From a virus (lineage: Duplodnaviria; Caudoviricetes): 64,000 bases of DNA. The notes under the pieces are model-generated. The model ran no database searches. It was not told where the DNA came from and worked only from the letters and a program-made list of their open reading frames with translations. Below are positions 17,416-27,296 of the stretch, piece by piece. Within the stretch, counting starts at the first letter, position 1; every line of letters starts with the position of its first letter. The stretch lies in IMG/VR virus record IMGVR_UViG_3300037484_001941, positions 3,171 through 67,170 of that record. The stretch is one strand, 5' to 3'. A program made the position numbers and the translations under genes.

Positions 17416-17684
17416 GCAATGTCATAAAACAGCGTGGAGATACGCTAGGACAAGATAGGAAAGAAATGACTCCGGCCCGCAGAAAGATGATCCATGACCA
17501 CAGAAAGACAGCGGATACCTACGGACCAGAATTGCCCTTTCAATTTGGAATCTTTAAGCCTAAGCTTGGTGCTGGGGCTAAGAATATAGAAATAGAGTGT
17601 CAATCTTGCGGGAGGTCCGTGTTTATAACAAAGGCCACGTGCGCTGTAGAGTGCCCGTCCTGTAAGACTTTGTGGGTTAAGTAA
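17412..17684 (+). CDS. zinc-ribbon protein
   Basis: CQSCG and CPSC pairs; ATGA overlap with the previous gene. Confidence 0.65.
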   Translation: MSNVIKQRGDTLGQDRKEMTPARRKMIHDHRKTADTYGPELPFQFGIFKPKLGAGAKNIEIECQSCGRSVFITKATCAVECPSCKTLWVK

Positions 17685-18215
17685 ATGGAAGAAGAAGATT
17701 ATTTGAAGACTCTCTTTGACGCGATGGATGGAAAGGTCAAATTCAAAGACCTGGACAAAAAGAAGAGGGGCAGGAGGGCTGGCTATAAACATTCCCCGGA
17801 AACCAGGGATAAGATAGCCAAGCAGATGAAAGGCCGTGTCAAGGACGATGAAACCAAAGACAAAATATCCAAATCGCTATTAGGCCGGGAGAAGCCGTTG
17901 GAAACCAGACGGAAGATCTCTAAGTCGAAGACACACAATTCTGTGGCGGGAGATCTCCTGCATCAGTATAGTGGAGTAAATAGGGAGAGAGATATACCTA
18001 CTTCTACCCACGAATACCTTTCCAAGGTGGGCGGAGACCCACTAGACGTGTGTCAATGGATAAAGGATAATTTTGAGGCCATTAATGAGGGCCAGGGAGC
18101 TGATGAAATAGAAAGCCGTTGTATAAGGTGGGAAGCTGACCTTAACGCGGAGATGAAAAAAGAAGAGCCGAACCTAGACGAAATAGGTCTTATAGGTGGC
18201 TTGTGGAGGCCGTAA
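17685..18215 (+). CDS. NUMOD3-repeat DNA-binding protein
   Basis: Three repeats: HSPETRDKIAKQMKG, DETKDKISKSLLG, LETRRKISKSK. No nuclease motif seen. Confidence 0.7.
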   Translation: MEEEDYLKTLFDAMDGKVKFKDLDKKKRGRRAGYKHSPETRDKIAKQMKGRVKDDETKDKISKSLLGREKPLETRRKISKSKTHNSVAGDLLHQYSGVNRERDIPTSTHEYLSKVGGDPLDVCQWIKDNFEAINEGQGADEIESRCIRWEADLNAEMKKEEPNLDEIGLIGGLWRP

Positions 18216-18805
18216 TGGCTGACAAAAAGAGGAATTACAACCCTAACTCAAGAAATAATCTAGTGCAATTTCAAACTGCAGCTAGAAAAAAAAGACAGGA
18301 GGATATCACTAAGGAGATACTGGGGGAGGTTGAGGTAAATGAGGAGTTGCTTGAGCTCGTCGTGGCCGCTAAAGAAATTTGTGAGAATAAAACCGAACAA
18401 ACACGATTTATGGGCTACGTAAAAGAATACTTGAAAGAGTATAGTAAGAAAGGGACGGAACTAACTATATCTGATATAGACGATATTGCCACATTGTGTA
18501 TGAATAACATAATGATCACCAGGATGTACAAGACGGCTAAAAACAATGCAGATATTTCTGTAGCTGACGTCATGGCGTCCATTGATCGTTTAAAGAAAGA
18601 CAACGTGAAATTAAAAGAGAATCTGGCCTCGACACGTAAAGACCGTGTTGATCCTAAGGCTGGACAAATTATCACTGTATCAGATTTAATTTCTGAATAT
18701 GAGCAAGAGAGGCATGCTAGAAGGTCCAAACTAGAGGATTATCTGGTAGAGGAAGAGGAAGTTAAGAACCAGTGTCATACTTCAGTTGAAGATATGATCA
18801 CATAA
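18215..18805 (+). CDS. putative terminase small subunit
   Basis: Directly upstream of and coupled to the large terminase; helical; N-terminal NPNSRNNL. Positional inference. Confidence 0.5.
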   Translation: MADKKRNYNPNSRNNLVQFQTAARKKRQEDITKEILGEVEVNEELLELVVAAKEICENKTEQTRFMGYVKEYLKEYSKKGTELTISDIDDIATLCMNNIMITRMYKTAKNNADISVADVMASIDRLKKDNVKLKENLASTRKDRVDPKAGQIITVSDLISEYEQERHARRSKLEDYLVEEEEVKNQCHTSVEDMIT

Positions 18806-20556
18806 TGACTAGTAATACTTTTAGTCATCCCGTAGAGATGTGGAGGAAATATCCGGCTATAGCAGCTCAGGATCTTTTACATAATCCCGTCTCTGATAAA
18901 GAGGATGAAAGATTCGAATTAATCCCTATCCAGCGAGTTGTTGCGAATAGGGTTTGGAAAGCAAGAAGTTCAATTATAGTTGCATGCCGTGGTTGGGGTA
19001 AAACCCGTATGGCAGCGACTTTAGCGATACTCCAAGCCTGGCTATACCCAGGGCGACGAGTCGGCTGTTTATCAGCCTCCTTCCGGCAGTCTAAGCAGAT
19101 CTTCGAAGAAATAGGAAAGATCTGGGATAGATCGCCACTGTTACAACAATGCACCACCCGACATCCGGTCATTTCAAATGACACCTGCCGATTAGACTTC
19201 AAACCGGTCCCTGGGTATGATCCATCTACAATTAGAGCTCTACCGCTCGCTGACGGCTCGAAAATCCGTGGAGCACGTTTCCACATGATTATCGTGGACG
19301 AGTGTGTACATGTGCCTGAAGACGTTTTTCAAATGGTAATACGACCTATGGCTGCTACACACCAGGATCCTGTCCGCGCTATGCGTATAGAGAAGGAAAA
19401 AGATAGGATAAAAGCCCAGGGACTCCCGCCTGAAATTGAGCTTAAGCTCATTAAAGAACTAGAGGAATTTATAGGTGCGAACCAGATAGTTATGCTTACC
19501 TCTGGGTATTATTCCTTTAATTATGTGTACAATTTGTACAAAAAATATAGCGCGCGAATGCACGGGCGTTTTGAATACGAAGAGGGGGAAGAGATAGACT
19601 CTGAGGATCCAGAGGATTACGCTACTTTTCAGATTCCTTGGCAAGCAATTCCCAAAGGCTTTTTGGACCCCCGGGCCCTTAGAGACGCTCGCCGTGATAT
19701 GGCTGCTATCCAATTTAGGATGGAGTACGAGGCCGCATGGATATTGGACACCGGTGGCTGGTTTAAAGCCTCTGACGTTGACCTATGTAGATCTCACAGC
19801 CTGGTAGAGGATGAAGTTATGCTCGAACCACATACAGTGCACCATCGGGGAAAACCTGGCCGGAATTACATCATGAGTATAGACCCTGCTAGGACATCTG
19901 ACGCTTTTGCTATTGTTATTTCTGAGTTCGATCCATCTTTTGGTATGAAGGTGGCATTTGTCGAACAGCATTTTAATAGAACTACTCCTGATATGGTCAG
20001 AAGAATCTTCGAATTAAACAACCTGTTCCATATCATAGAGATAGGTATTGATAAAGGCGGCGGTGGTCAGCAGATAGCAGACTTCCTCGCTGAGGGCACG
20101 GTAGAGGATACGCCTCTCTTTGACATGGAAGAAGAGAAGTATAGGGGAATGCGAGGTAAGCACATAGTTAAACTCATTGATTTCACCTCTGCATGGATAG
20201 AGCAAGCCAACAACGACGCATATAACATGCTACAACGTAGGCAGATGTGTTTCCCTAGCCCTAACATGGGCGCGGAAACAAAGGAGTCCAAGGTTCAGGA
20301 TGAGGTGTCAAGAACTATAGAGAAAATGATCTCTCAGTTATTGAGTATAACTCCATCCGAGACGCGCTTGGCGGGCAAGATCAGATTCGATCTCCCGGAG
20401 ACAGGAGGCGGCTTCGAGCAACATAAAGACTTGTATTCTGCCTGGCTGATAGGGTCCCATCTGATTTACACTAAGTTGATGGAGGGAGCTCTCCCCACCA
20501 AAAAGATGCCTCTCTTAGGTATTATCACACCTAGATATAGGTCTGGGTGGTATTAA
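18805..20556 (+). CDS. terL: terminase large subunit
   Basis: Walker A CRGWGKT, Walker B IIVDE, RNase H-like SIDPAR, GIDKGGGG and KDLYSA. Confidence 0.92.
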   Translation: MTSNTFSHPVEMWRKYPAIAAQDLLHNPVSDKEDERFELIPIQRVVANRVWKARSSIIVACRGWGKTRMAATLAILQAWLYPGRRVGCLSASFRQSKQIFEEIGKIWDRSPLLQQCTTRHPVISNDTCRLDFKPVPGYDPSTIRALPLADGSKIRGARFHMIIVDECVHVPEDVFQMVIRPMAATHQDPVRAMRIEKEKDRIKAQGLPPEIELKLIKELEEFIGANQIVMLTSGYYSFNYVYNLYKKYSARMHGRFEYEEGEEIDSEDPEDYATFQIPWQAIPKGFLDPRALRDARRDMAAIQFRMEYEAAWILDTGGWFKASDVDLCRSHSLVEDEVMLEPHTVHHRGKPGRNYIMSIDPARTSDAFAIVISEFDPSFGMKVAFVEQHFNRTTPDMVRRIFELNNLFHIIEIGIDKGGGGQQIADFLAEGTVEDTPLFDMEEEKYRGMRGKHIVKLIDFTSAWIEQANNDAYNMLQRRQMCFPSPNMGAETKESKVQDEVSRTIEKMISQLLSITPSETRLAGKIRFDLPETGGGFEQHKDLYSAWLIGSHLIYTKLMEGALPTKKMPLLGIITPRYRSGWY

Positions 20557-20568
20557 ACGGAGACGGGT

Positions 20569-22494
20569 ATGACAAAAAAGGATCAGACAAAGATAAAGAA
20601 ACAGATAACTGAATTCAAGAAGGACTATCCCAACGTGGAGCTAGCCGGAATAATCCCCGGACAGGACGGTGACTACAAGATGGTGTTTAAGCCACGTCTC
20701 GCCACGCTGGGACCTTTTGAGCAGGGCGGGGCTGACGTGCCCTCGGACTTGAAAGAGAAGATGCAGGTTAACGCATCTATCATGTATAGGGACCCCCTGC
20801 TTCGGTCCGACCTCGATTTAGCCAAGCCTGATATTGTCAACGAGGCACCACATAAGCTTTACAGCCGTATGAAATCCTACTATAGGTCTAAAGACGTCTT
20901 TGGGTCGTTTGTCAGGACCATGGTTAATTTTGCTCTCTCTGGTTTTGAGAATGACTGTGAGGATCTTAAGATCAAGGAATTCTTTGATAATTGGTGCCAG
21001 GATGTAGATATAAACCAAGTCCTGGAATGGATTTTTCAGGAGTTTTATACTACTGGTTTCGTTAGAACATACAGGGTTTTAGGGAAGTATGAGCCCCAGG
21101 TGAATACGTTGCGGGTTATGAACAACCCTCCGGAGCCTATTACTCCCAAGAAGCTGTCCGCCGAAACCTCTAGGGAATTTGCTGAGAGAAAGAAGCGTTG
21201 GTCTAAGGGCTTTATACCCCTGGCCTATACGGTGCTTAATCCTCTAGAAATAGAGATTAAGGGCTCAGTGTTCCTGAATCAGACTCGTGTGGTTATGAAA
21301 CCTAACGAAGACATGAAAGAATTGATTATGCGTGAGGGTACCCAGACCCCGCTGACCGATGCAGAAAAGAAGATATTGGATAGCATACCGCCCGAAATTC
21401 GATCCGCCATTAAGGCCGGGAAAGACATTGAGCTTGATCCGGAGTTTGTGGGGGAGATAGATTATAGAAGGATGCCCTCTGAGAAGTATCCATTGCCCCC
21501 GTTTGCTTCTGCTTTGGAAGTAATTGAATATAAGGAACAACTGAGAGAGGCTGATTACAGCACTATAGACGGCATTACATCAGAGATTTTGGTTGTTACT
21601 GTGGGTGATAAGGACAACCCCGTTCTGGACGATGACGATCTCCGTAAGGTTTCTCAGCTATTTAATACAGCTCAGAAGGCTTATTCAGTAGTGTGGAATC
21701 ACACATTGAAGGTGGACCGGGTTGAAGTTCAAAATATAGATAAGATTTTTGGGCCGCAGAAGTTCGTCCAGGCTGAGACGGACATGTCCGGGTCTATAGG
21801 GTTACCTAGAGCAATGTTGGACGGCGTGATTATAGGCAACTCAAGCAAAGATGCTTTGGACGTTGCTACAAAAGCTGTTATTGCAGAGCTTAATTATGCA
21901 CGTAATCAGGTTGCCAGGTGGCTACACAATGAATACAGGCAGATAGCAGAGGCCTTTGGGTTTAAACGTTATCCATCCGTACGATGGAATGAAAAGGTGC
22001 TCAAAGATGAACTCGCCATAATGACTGTAGTTCAGGGTCTCGTGGACAGAAGGATCATATCCTACTATACTGCCCACAAGATGCTCGATCTGGATCCTGA
22101 GTTTGAGCTTAAAAAGCTGGAAGAAGAGGCACCTAAAGTGCAAAAAGGAATTATTGGTATTATAGGATCTCCTTACCAGAAAGCTGCGGGAGACGGAGGG
22201 GGAACACAGAATACCCAGAAGGCCCCTAAGGGAGCTCCTTCAGAGGGTAGACCGAAGGGGAAGCCTTCCCCGACACCGGCCCCGGCCAAGCCTCCCGGAA
22301 AGATAAAAGAGGTTATTAAGAAAGAAACTAAGCACGTCAAGGAAGAAATTAGACGTGGGGCTCTTCAAGCATTAAAGAAACTATCTCTGTCCGAATTAGC
22401 TGAGTTAGAAAAGATGCTCCAATTTGCCAAACAAAAGAAGGCAGAAGAATTAGTCAACTTAGTAGAAGATGCAGAGGAAAATCTGGAGGGTTAA
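20569..22494 (+). CDS. portal protein
   Basis: Follows terL; 641 aa; helical core with a low-complexity P/K/G C-terminal extension. Confidence 0.75.
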   Translation: MTKKDQTKIKKQITEFKKDYPNVELAGIIPGQDGDYKMVFKPRLATLGPFEQGGADVPSDLKEKMQVNASIMYRDPLLRSDLDLAKPDIVNEAPHKLYSRMKSYYRSKDVFGSFVRTMVNFALSGFENDCEDLKIKEFFDNWCQDVDINQVLEWIFQEFYTTGFVRTYRVLGKYEPQVNTLRVMNNPPEPITPKKLSAETSREFAERKKRWSKGFIPLAYTVLNPLEIEIKGSVFLNQTRVVMKPNEDMKELIMREGTQTPLTDAEKKILDSIPPEIRSAIKAGKDIELDPEFVGEIDYRRMPSEKYPLPPFASALEVIEYKEQLREADYSTIDGITSEILVVTVGDKDNPVLDDDDLRKVSQLFNTAQKAYSVVWNHTLKVDRVEVQNIDKIFGPQKFVQAETDMSGSIGLPRAMLDGVIIGNSSKDALDVATKAVIAELNYARNQVARWLHNEYRQIAEAFGFKRYPSVRWNEKVLKDELAIMTVVQGLVDRRIISYYTAHKMLDLDPEFELKKLEEEAPKVQKGIIGIIGSPYQKAAGDGGGTQNTQKAPKGAPSEGRPKGKPSPTPAPAKPPGKIKEVIKKETKHVKEEIRRGALQALKKLSLSELAELEKMLQFAKQKKAEELVNLVEDAEENLEG

Positions 22495-22498
22495 TGAT

Positions 22499-23992
22499 AT
22501 GATTTTACCTGGTAAGAAGTTTAGAATGTACGGCGGCGCAGGGCACGAGGTTACGTTTTTTGAAGCTGGAATGGAAAAGAAACCTAGCCCTGGTCTCCTA
22601 GAACATGTTGTGCTTCCGCCAAATCCTAGCAAGGATATTATAGCGTTCGGAGCAAAATACGTTGAATCGAAAGAGAACCTTAACAAAGCCTACTTCGCTA
22701 ATGAGGAATTGATCGTGGCCCAGCCCACTATTGCCTATAAGGCTCTTGATATAGAGCACGAAGAGGAAAGCATTGTGGGACATATTCATTCAGCCACGTA
22801 TGTTAATAGAGCTACAAATGAAGTAGTTGATGTGGCGGACCTGGTTAAGCTAGATGCAAAAGCCTTGAATGACATCATGATAGATGTAGTTATAGGTGGC
22901 ATCATCTACGTGAGCCGTTTCCCAGCTTTAGAAGGACCGGTATCTGAAAAGAGGTACGCTATAAGCATGGAGTGCTATTTCGATAGCTTTGACATCATGC
23001 TGGAAAACGGTATACGTGTTACCCTTGAGGAAGCTCAATTGTTGGGCTGGTCTACCCTGATAGATCAGTTACTTGGTTCTTTTGAGACCAAGGAAGCAAT
23101 GGACGCTGCCCATAGGATTAAAGTAGTACTAGCTGACCAGCGCGAAGTACCAATGAATGTTTACAAATGGCTCAAGGGAATCATGTTCTCGGGTGCTGGT
23201 TTGGTACTAAATCCCGCTTGCCCATCTTGTCACATCCTGTCCACCAGCAGGGACGGTGAGGACTGTGAGTGCGAGGATAAGAATGAGGGGGCCAAGGCCT
23301 CCGTGGAGAGCGCCGACACTTTGTTAACCATTAATCTTACCAAGCTTGATTCTTACATGGAGACATGGAGGAGCTCGAATGAAGGTAAGCCTCTGAACCA
23401 CCAGGTAAAGGATAATGTCATATCTGTTTCTACCACCGAAGAGACCGCCGCCCCGAAGAAGGGAGATTGCAAAGGCGGGTGTATGGATAAGTGCAAAGAC
23501 AGCAAAGACCCCAAGTGCATGGAAGATTGTATGAAAAACTGCACAGATATGATGGGGGAGAGAGAAGAGTCTGACTCTACAGATCCTTTTGTTAAGGACC
23601 GTGACCCTAATAGCCCTGATAAGAAGAGGGCCATGTGTCCTCAGTATAAATACGAAGTGTGGGTACTCAACGGCGATGTAGAGGAGCAAAAAAGACACTG
23701 GTGTATGTACGCCAGCGACAAGTGTCCTACTGCGGGCGACCGTGGGTGGCACGAGTGTCTGAGATGGTACCGCCAGGGTGAAGACTGGATCATGGACCTG
23801 CGTAACAACAGGGACGAAGAGTCCGCTGGCTGGGGCACCGAGGACGAAAATACTGCTTCCAGCTCTGTTGAATATAAGCGGATGAGTGCTATGGTTGATA
23901 GTTTCTTATACCAAGTTGAATCCCTCGGGCGGGAGAAAGAGATTGCATCTCAAAGGAAGGATCTTAAAAAGCCTTCGAGGAAGGTGAAATAA
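22499..23992 (+). CDS. putative prohead maturation protease with Cys-rich C-terminal extension
   Basis: LDIEHEEESIVGH and ISMEC segments fit HK97-type prohead proteases; follows portal; ATG 22499 after GGAGGG. Confidence 0.65.
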   Translation: MILPGKKFRMYGGAGHEVTFFEAGMEKKPSPGLLEHVVLPPNPSKDIIAFGAKYVESKENLNKAYFANEELIVAQPTIAYKALDIEHEEESIVGHIHSATYVNRATNEVVDVADLVKLDAKALNDIMIDVVIGGIIYVSRFPALEGPVSEKRYAISMECYFDSFDIMLENGIRVTLEEAQLLGWSTLIDQLLGSFETKEAMDAAHRIKVVLADQREVPMNVYKWLKGIMFSGAGLVLNPACPSCHILSTSRDGEDCECEDKNEGAKASVESADTLLTINLTKLDSYMETWRSSNEGKPLNHQVKDNVISVSTTEETAAPKKGDCKGGCMDKCKDSKDPKCMEDCMKNCTDMMGEREESDSTDPFVKDRDPNSPDKKRAMCPQYKYEVWVLNGDVEEQKRHWCMYASDKCPTAGDRGWHECLRWYRQGEDWIMDLRNNRDEESAGWGTEDENTASSSVEYKRMSAMVDSFLYQVESLGREKEIASQRKDLKKPSRKVK

Positions 23993-24330
23993 TGAGAGAC
24001 AGTCAGCCCAATTACAATAAATGGCATTTGATGATGGGCCCATACACTGGTTATGACCGCATGGAGATAACAGTCTCTGGTGGGGTAGAGAACTATGACG
24101 TTAGAGCAAATACCCCTTTTTTTGATACTGTCGGCCAGGGCTCATACTTGGAGGTCTCTTCCAGTGGGTCCAGCGTGTATCTTAAGATGAACGGTTCCGG
24201 TAATGCTGCTATACCAATAGCTGCTGGTGGTGAGTGGGCAGTAGCCGACTTCATATTCACTAACCTGTATCTTACTAACGACTCGGTGTCAGACGCGGTG
24301 GTGTCTCTCTATATGATGGGACATAGATAA
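23992..24330 (+). CDS. hypothetical virion protein
   Basis: TAATG-coupled; beta-rich. Confidence 0.65.
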   Translation: MRDSQPNYNKWHLMMGPYTGYDRMEITVSGGVENYDVRANTPFFDTVGQGSYLEVSSSGSSVYLKMNGSGNAAIPIAAGGEWAVADFIFTNLYLTNDSVSDAVVSLYMMGHR

Positions 24331-24458
24331 TGAAGCCGAGAGTGTGGACGAGGGAAGAGGACTTCATTCTTCTACGGGAATATACAGAAAAAGGTCCACA
24401 CATACTGGCAGCGGCAGACAAGATTGATTATATAGCTGGGTGGAGGCCAAAACGGTAA
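24330..24458 (+). CDS. 42-aa ORF with a WTREEDFILL (Myb/HTH-like) start
   Basis: TAATG overlaps at both ends; not in the ORF track. Confidence 0.5.
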   Translation: MKPRVWTREEDFILLREYTEKGPHILAAADKIDYIAGWRPKR

Positions 24459-24940
24459 TGGAAAAAAGCGTTGGCATAAAAACTACCGGCGCAGATACTT
24501 ATGTTGCGGCCTTTAGTGCAGCCGAGCAGGCCGAGGGCCAAAATAGGGTTGTTCAGATTATCAGCCTTGCGGCTGGTAAGGTGTCTTCCTCTTTGGGGGC
24601 CGCTACAAGGTCCGTGTCGTCTAACGACTCCTTAGATATGTCCCTAATAACTGGAGACATGGTCGTAGGAGACAACTCTTTTTTCGCCTGTTATTTGGGA
24701 CATTCCCAGAGTAATGGGTCCTGCTTAGTTACTCCCCTCTTGTGTGATAATGACGGTCTTGTTATAGGTACCCTGGAAAGCCGGGTATCCCGAGTCATGC
24801 TCCCTGTTGTCAACGGAGCCAAGTATATGTCTAATTGTTTGTCCTGGCCCATACTGGAGACGGGCGCATGGAAGATCTATGCGCATATAACAGACTTAAG
24901 TGGCTCCAATGTCGTAGATATTTGGTGTTTTACATTCTAA
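24458..24940 (+). CDS. hypothetical virion protein
   Basis: ATG 24458 after GGAGG, coupled to the previous stop. Confidence 0.65.
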   Translation: MEKSVGIKTTGADTYVAAFSAAEQAEGQNRVVQIISLAAGKVSSSLGAATRSVSSNDSLDMSLITGDMVVGDNSFFACYLGHSQSNGSCLVTPLLCDNDGLVIGTLESRVSRVMLPVVNGAKYMSNCLSWPILETGAWKIYAHITDLSGSNVVDIWCFTF

Positions 24941-24950
24941 AGGATTACCA

Positions 24951-25277
24951 ATGGCTGCAGGAGATTACAACAAAATAAGTTCTGACTATCCTCGTGCTCA
25001 CATGAGGTATGCTTCCGTGAGCATTACCTTTGACGAGGATGTGGTGGATTGGAGCGTGAAAGATAACACTTATCTTTTCACTAATATGAAGGTGGGCAGA
25101 GAAGTCACTCTGAGAAATACGTCCCCAATTCATGTGAAATTGAATAGTAGTGATAATGATGTGATAGAGCTGTTTGAGAATGAGGGTTTAAATGTAGTGG
25201 GATATCCTGTAGAGGATATTTTTATAACAGGGGCCGCAGCCTCAGTTGTCAGGATCCTGCTACTCGGGTGGAACTAA
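24951..25277 (+). CDS. hypothetical virion protein, similar to 23992-24330
   Basis: Same size and similar pattern (DYNK/NYNK start, LKMN/VKLN..I.., ..I.IT, L..GH/GW end). Confidence 0.65.
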   Translation: MAAGDYNKISSDYPRAHMRYASVSITFDEDVVDWSVKDNTYLFTNMKVGREVTLRNTSPIHVKLNSSDNDVIELFENEGLNVVGYPVEDIFITGAAASVVRILLLGWN

Positions 25278-25405
25278 TGTCTACCCCAAAAATTACCATA
25301 CTGGACAGAAAGACCCCAGGAAAGCCCAAAAGGCTACAAGTAGAATCGCTTAACAAGAAAAAGGGCTGGCTGTATTGGCTAAAGTCCTTTTTCATACGGA
25401 GATAA
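25277..25405 (+). CDS. 42-aa basic hypothetical protein
   Basis: TAATG-coupled; stop two nt before the next ATG; not in the ORF track. Confidence 0.45.
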   Translation: MSTPKITILDRKTPGKPKRLQVESLNKKKGWLYWLKSFFIRR

Positions 25406-25406
25406 T

Positions 25407-25595
25407 ATGTTGTCGGACAAGCTTATATGTCCGCACTGCGGGCACCACAAGACAGGCAAAGAGGATATAATAACTGTGCCATTAATAGGAGAGCACCTGA
25501 TTCATCTGTTTTGTATTAAATGCGGGATGGGTTATCAGCTTTCTACACAGGATGGTTTATACAAGATAGAGGCTATTCAAGCAGAGGAGGTCTAA
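25407..25595 (+). CDS. small zinc-ribbon protein
   Basis: CPHCG and CIKCG pairs. Confidence 0.6.
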   Translation: MLSDKLICPHCGHHKTGKEDIITVPLIGEHLIHLFCIKCGMGYQLSTQDGLYKIEAIQAEEV

Positions 25596-27164
25596 TTGGC
25601 TGTAGCAGTAACTCCAAACTTAACTCCAATTTCGCTCTGTGAGTCGACAACTGGCTGGGTTGCTACTGGTGGGTCTAATACCCTAAACCCAGATGTTTTT
25701 GTACAGGGTCTCAACTGTATCCATAACTATCAGTCTGGGGCTGCAGCTCGCGGCGCAAACTATGATATGGGCGCTGGAGGAACGAACCTTTCGAATCAGA
25801 ATATATACTGTTGGTTCGCTTTTTCTAACAAAGCCAATATTCCAGTAAAGGGAGCAACTGGTCTTAGAGTTAGACTAACCGATACCTCGTCCAATTATTC
25901 TGAATGGGATATAGCAGGAAGTGACACCTTACCACACGGTGGTTGGATTGCTTACGCTATTAGAACTTCTGTTACACCCTCCAGGAGCAGCGCTACCCCT
26001 GCAAACCTCTCTTTAATAAGATACGTAGGATGGCAGTGCGGTGGCACGGTCGTAGGAAAAACCTATATTTATTTTGATGCATTCCGTTATGGGAGTGGAT
26101 TGTCCATTCGAGGAGGAACATCAGGGGCCCCGGCCACTTTTGAATCTCTGTACCAAGCGGACTCAGACGTCAATAATGCCTATGGTGTTATTGATAAAGT
26201 GTTTGGTATTTACTATGTTCAGGGCCAGGTCAATATTGGTGACACAGCTATTGGTGATGGTACGTATTTCCAAGACACTGGTCAGGTTGTTGTTTTTAAA
26301 GATACAATGATTCCTAATGGTTTTTACGACTTAAAACTACAGGGAAATACCACCAGCGGCACTGAAGTTTATTTTGGCTCGCTATCTAACGGCCGCGGTA
26401 TTGCTGGTTGTGTTTTTAGGTGTGCTTCTTCTACACAGATTCCTAAATATACAGTCACAGCAACGGATACAAATATTACCAAATACGGTTTTTACGGAAC
26501 TACTTTTCTGGACTCAAACTCTATCAGTTTGCAGGCTTATAGCGCGGACAAGAATTTCATAGACTGCTCCTTACAGTCTTGTGCAGAGATGGTTCCTAAC
26601 ACAGGGACAGTCCAATACTGTAATTTCATCTCTTCCGTTTCTGGAACGGCGGGTCCCGCTGCTATTAAAATGGACTCTATTTCTCACCATATTACTTCTT
26701 GTAACTTCGTTAACTGTTTGGTGGGAATAGAGATAACAACTGCAGCTAGTGGTTATGTTTTCAATAATCTGCAATTTTCTAGCTGCACAAAGGACGTTAA
26801 GAACACTTCTGGGGGGGCTGTGTATATTAGTCCCACCAACTCTTCCAATGTCACAACCTATGAAAATACAGCCGGAAGCACGACTACTATACAAGCTGTT
26901 CAGATAACATTGACGCTGGCAGGCCTTGTCACTAACAGTGAAGTAAGGATATATGCGCACGAGACTACTACAGAACTGGGTGGAGTAGAAGACTGCAATG
27001 CTGTTTTTGAGTACACCTACGGCTATGCAGCCGGAACTTATGTAGATATTGTGGTTCATAACAAAGATTATCAGTATTATCGTATAAATAATTATTTATT
27101 ACCGTCGTCTAACGCTACTCTTCCAATAGCTCAAGTTTTTGACCGAGTGTATAGTAACCCCTAA
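25596..27164 (+). CDS. virion structural protein with a possible beta-helix region
   Basis: GAGGAGGT before the TTG start; S/T/G/N-rich; repeated short beta motifs in the C-terminal half. Confidence 0.7.
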   Translation: MAVAVTPNLTPISLCESTTGWVATGGSNTLNPDVFVQGLNCIHNYQSGAAARGANYDMGAGGTNLSNQNIYCWFAFSNKANIPVKGATGLRVRLTDTSSNYSEWDIAGSDTLPHGGWIAYAIRTSVTPSRSSATPANLSLIRYVGWQCGGTVVGKTYIYFDAFRYGSGLSIRGGTSGAPATFESLYQADSDVNNAYGVIDKVFGIYYVQGQVNIGDTAIGDGTYFQDTGQVVVFKDTMIPNGFYDLKLQGNTTSGTEVYFGSLSNGRGIAGCVFRCASSTQIPKYTVTATDTNITKYGFYGTTFLDSNSISLQAYSADKNFIDCSLQSCAEMVPNTGTVQYCNFISSVSGTAGPAAIKMDSISHHITSCNFVNCLVGIEITTAASGYVFNNLQFSSCTKDVKNTSGGAVYISPTNSSNVTTYENTAGSTTTIQAVQITLTLAGLVTNSEVRIYAHETTTELGGVEDCNAVFEYTYGYAAGTYVDIVVHNKDYQYYRINNYLLPSSNATLPIAQVFDRVYSNP

Positions 27165-27168
27165 TTCC

Positions 27169-27180
27169 AATTAGCTAACC
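27169..27180 (+). promoter_or_regulatory. copy of the conserved intergenic 12-mer (AATTAGCTAACC)
   Basis: Five nt after a stop codon; matches the other copies. Confidence 0.6.
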
Positions 27181-27296
27181 TGGTCCTAAAATCAGAATAT
27201 ATAGTTAAGGGATTCAGGACTTTTCCTTTAATCTATCAAATAGGGACAGGTTTATATAGGCAATAGAACATGATTTTAATCTGGAGGATTTAAACT

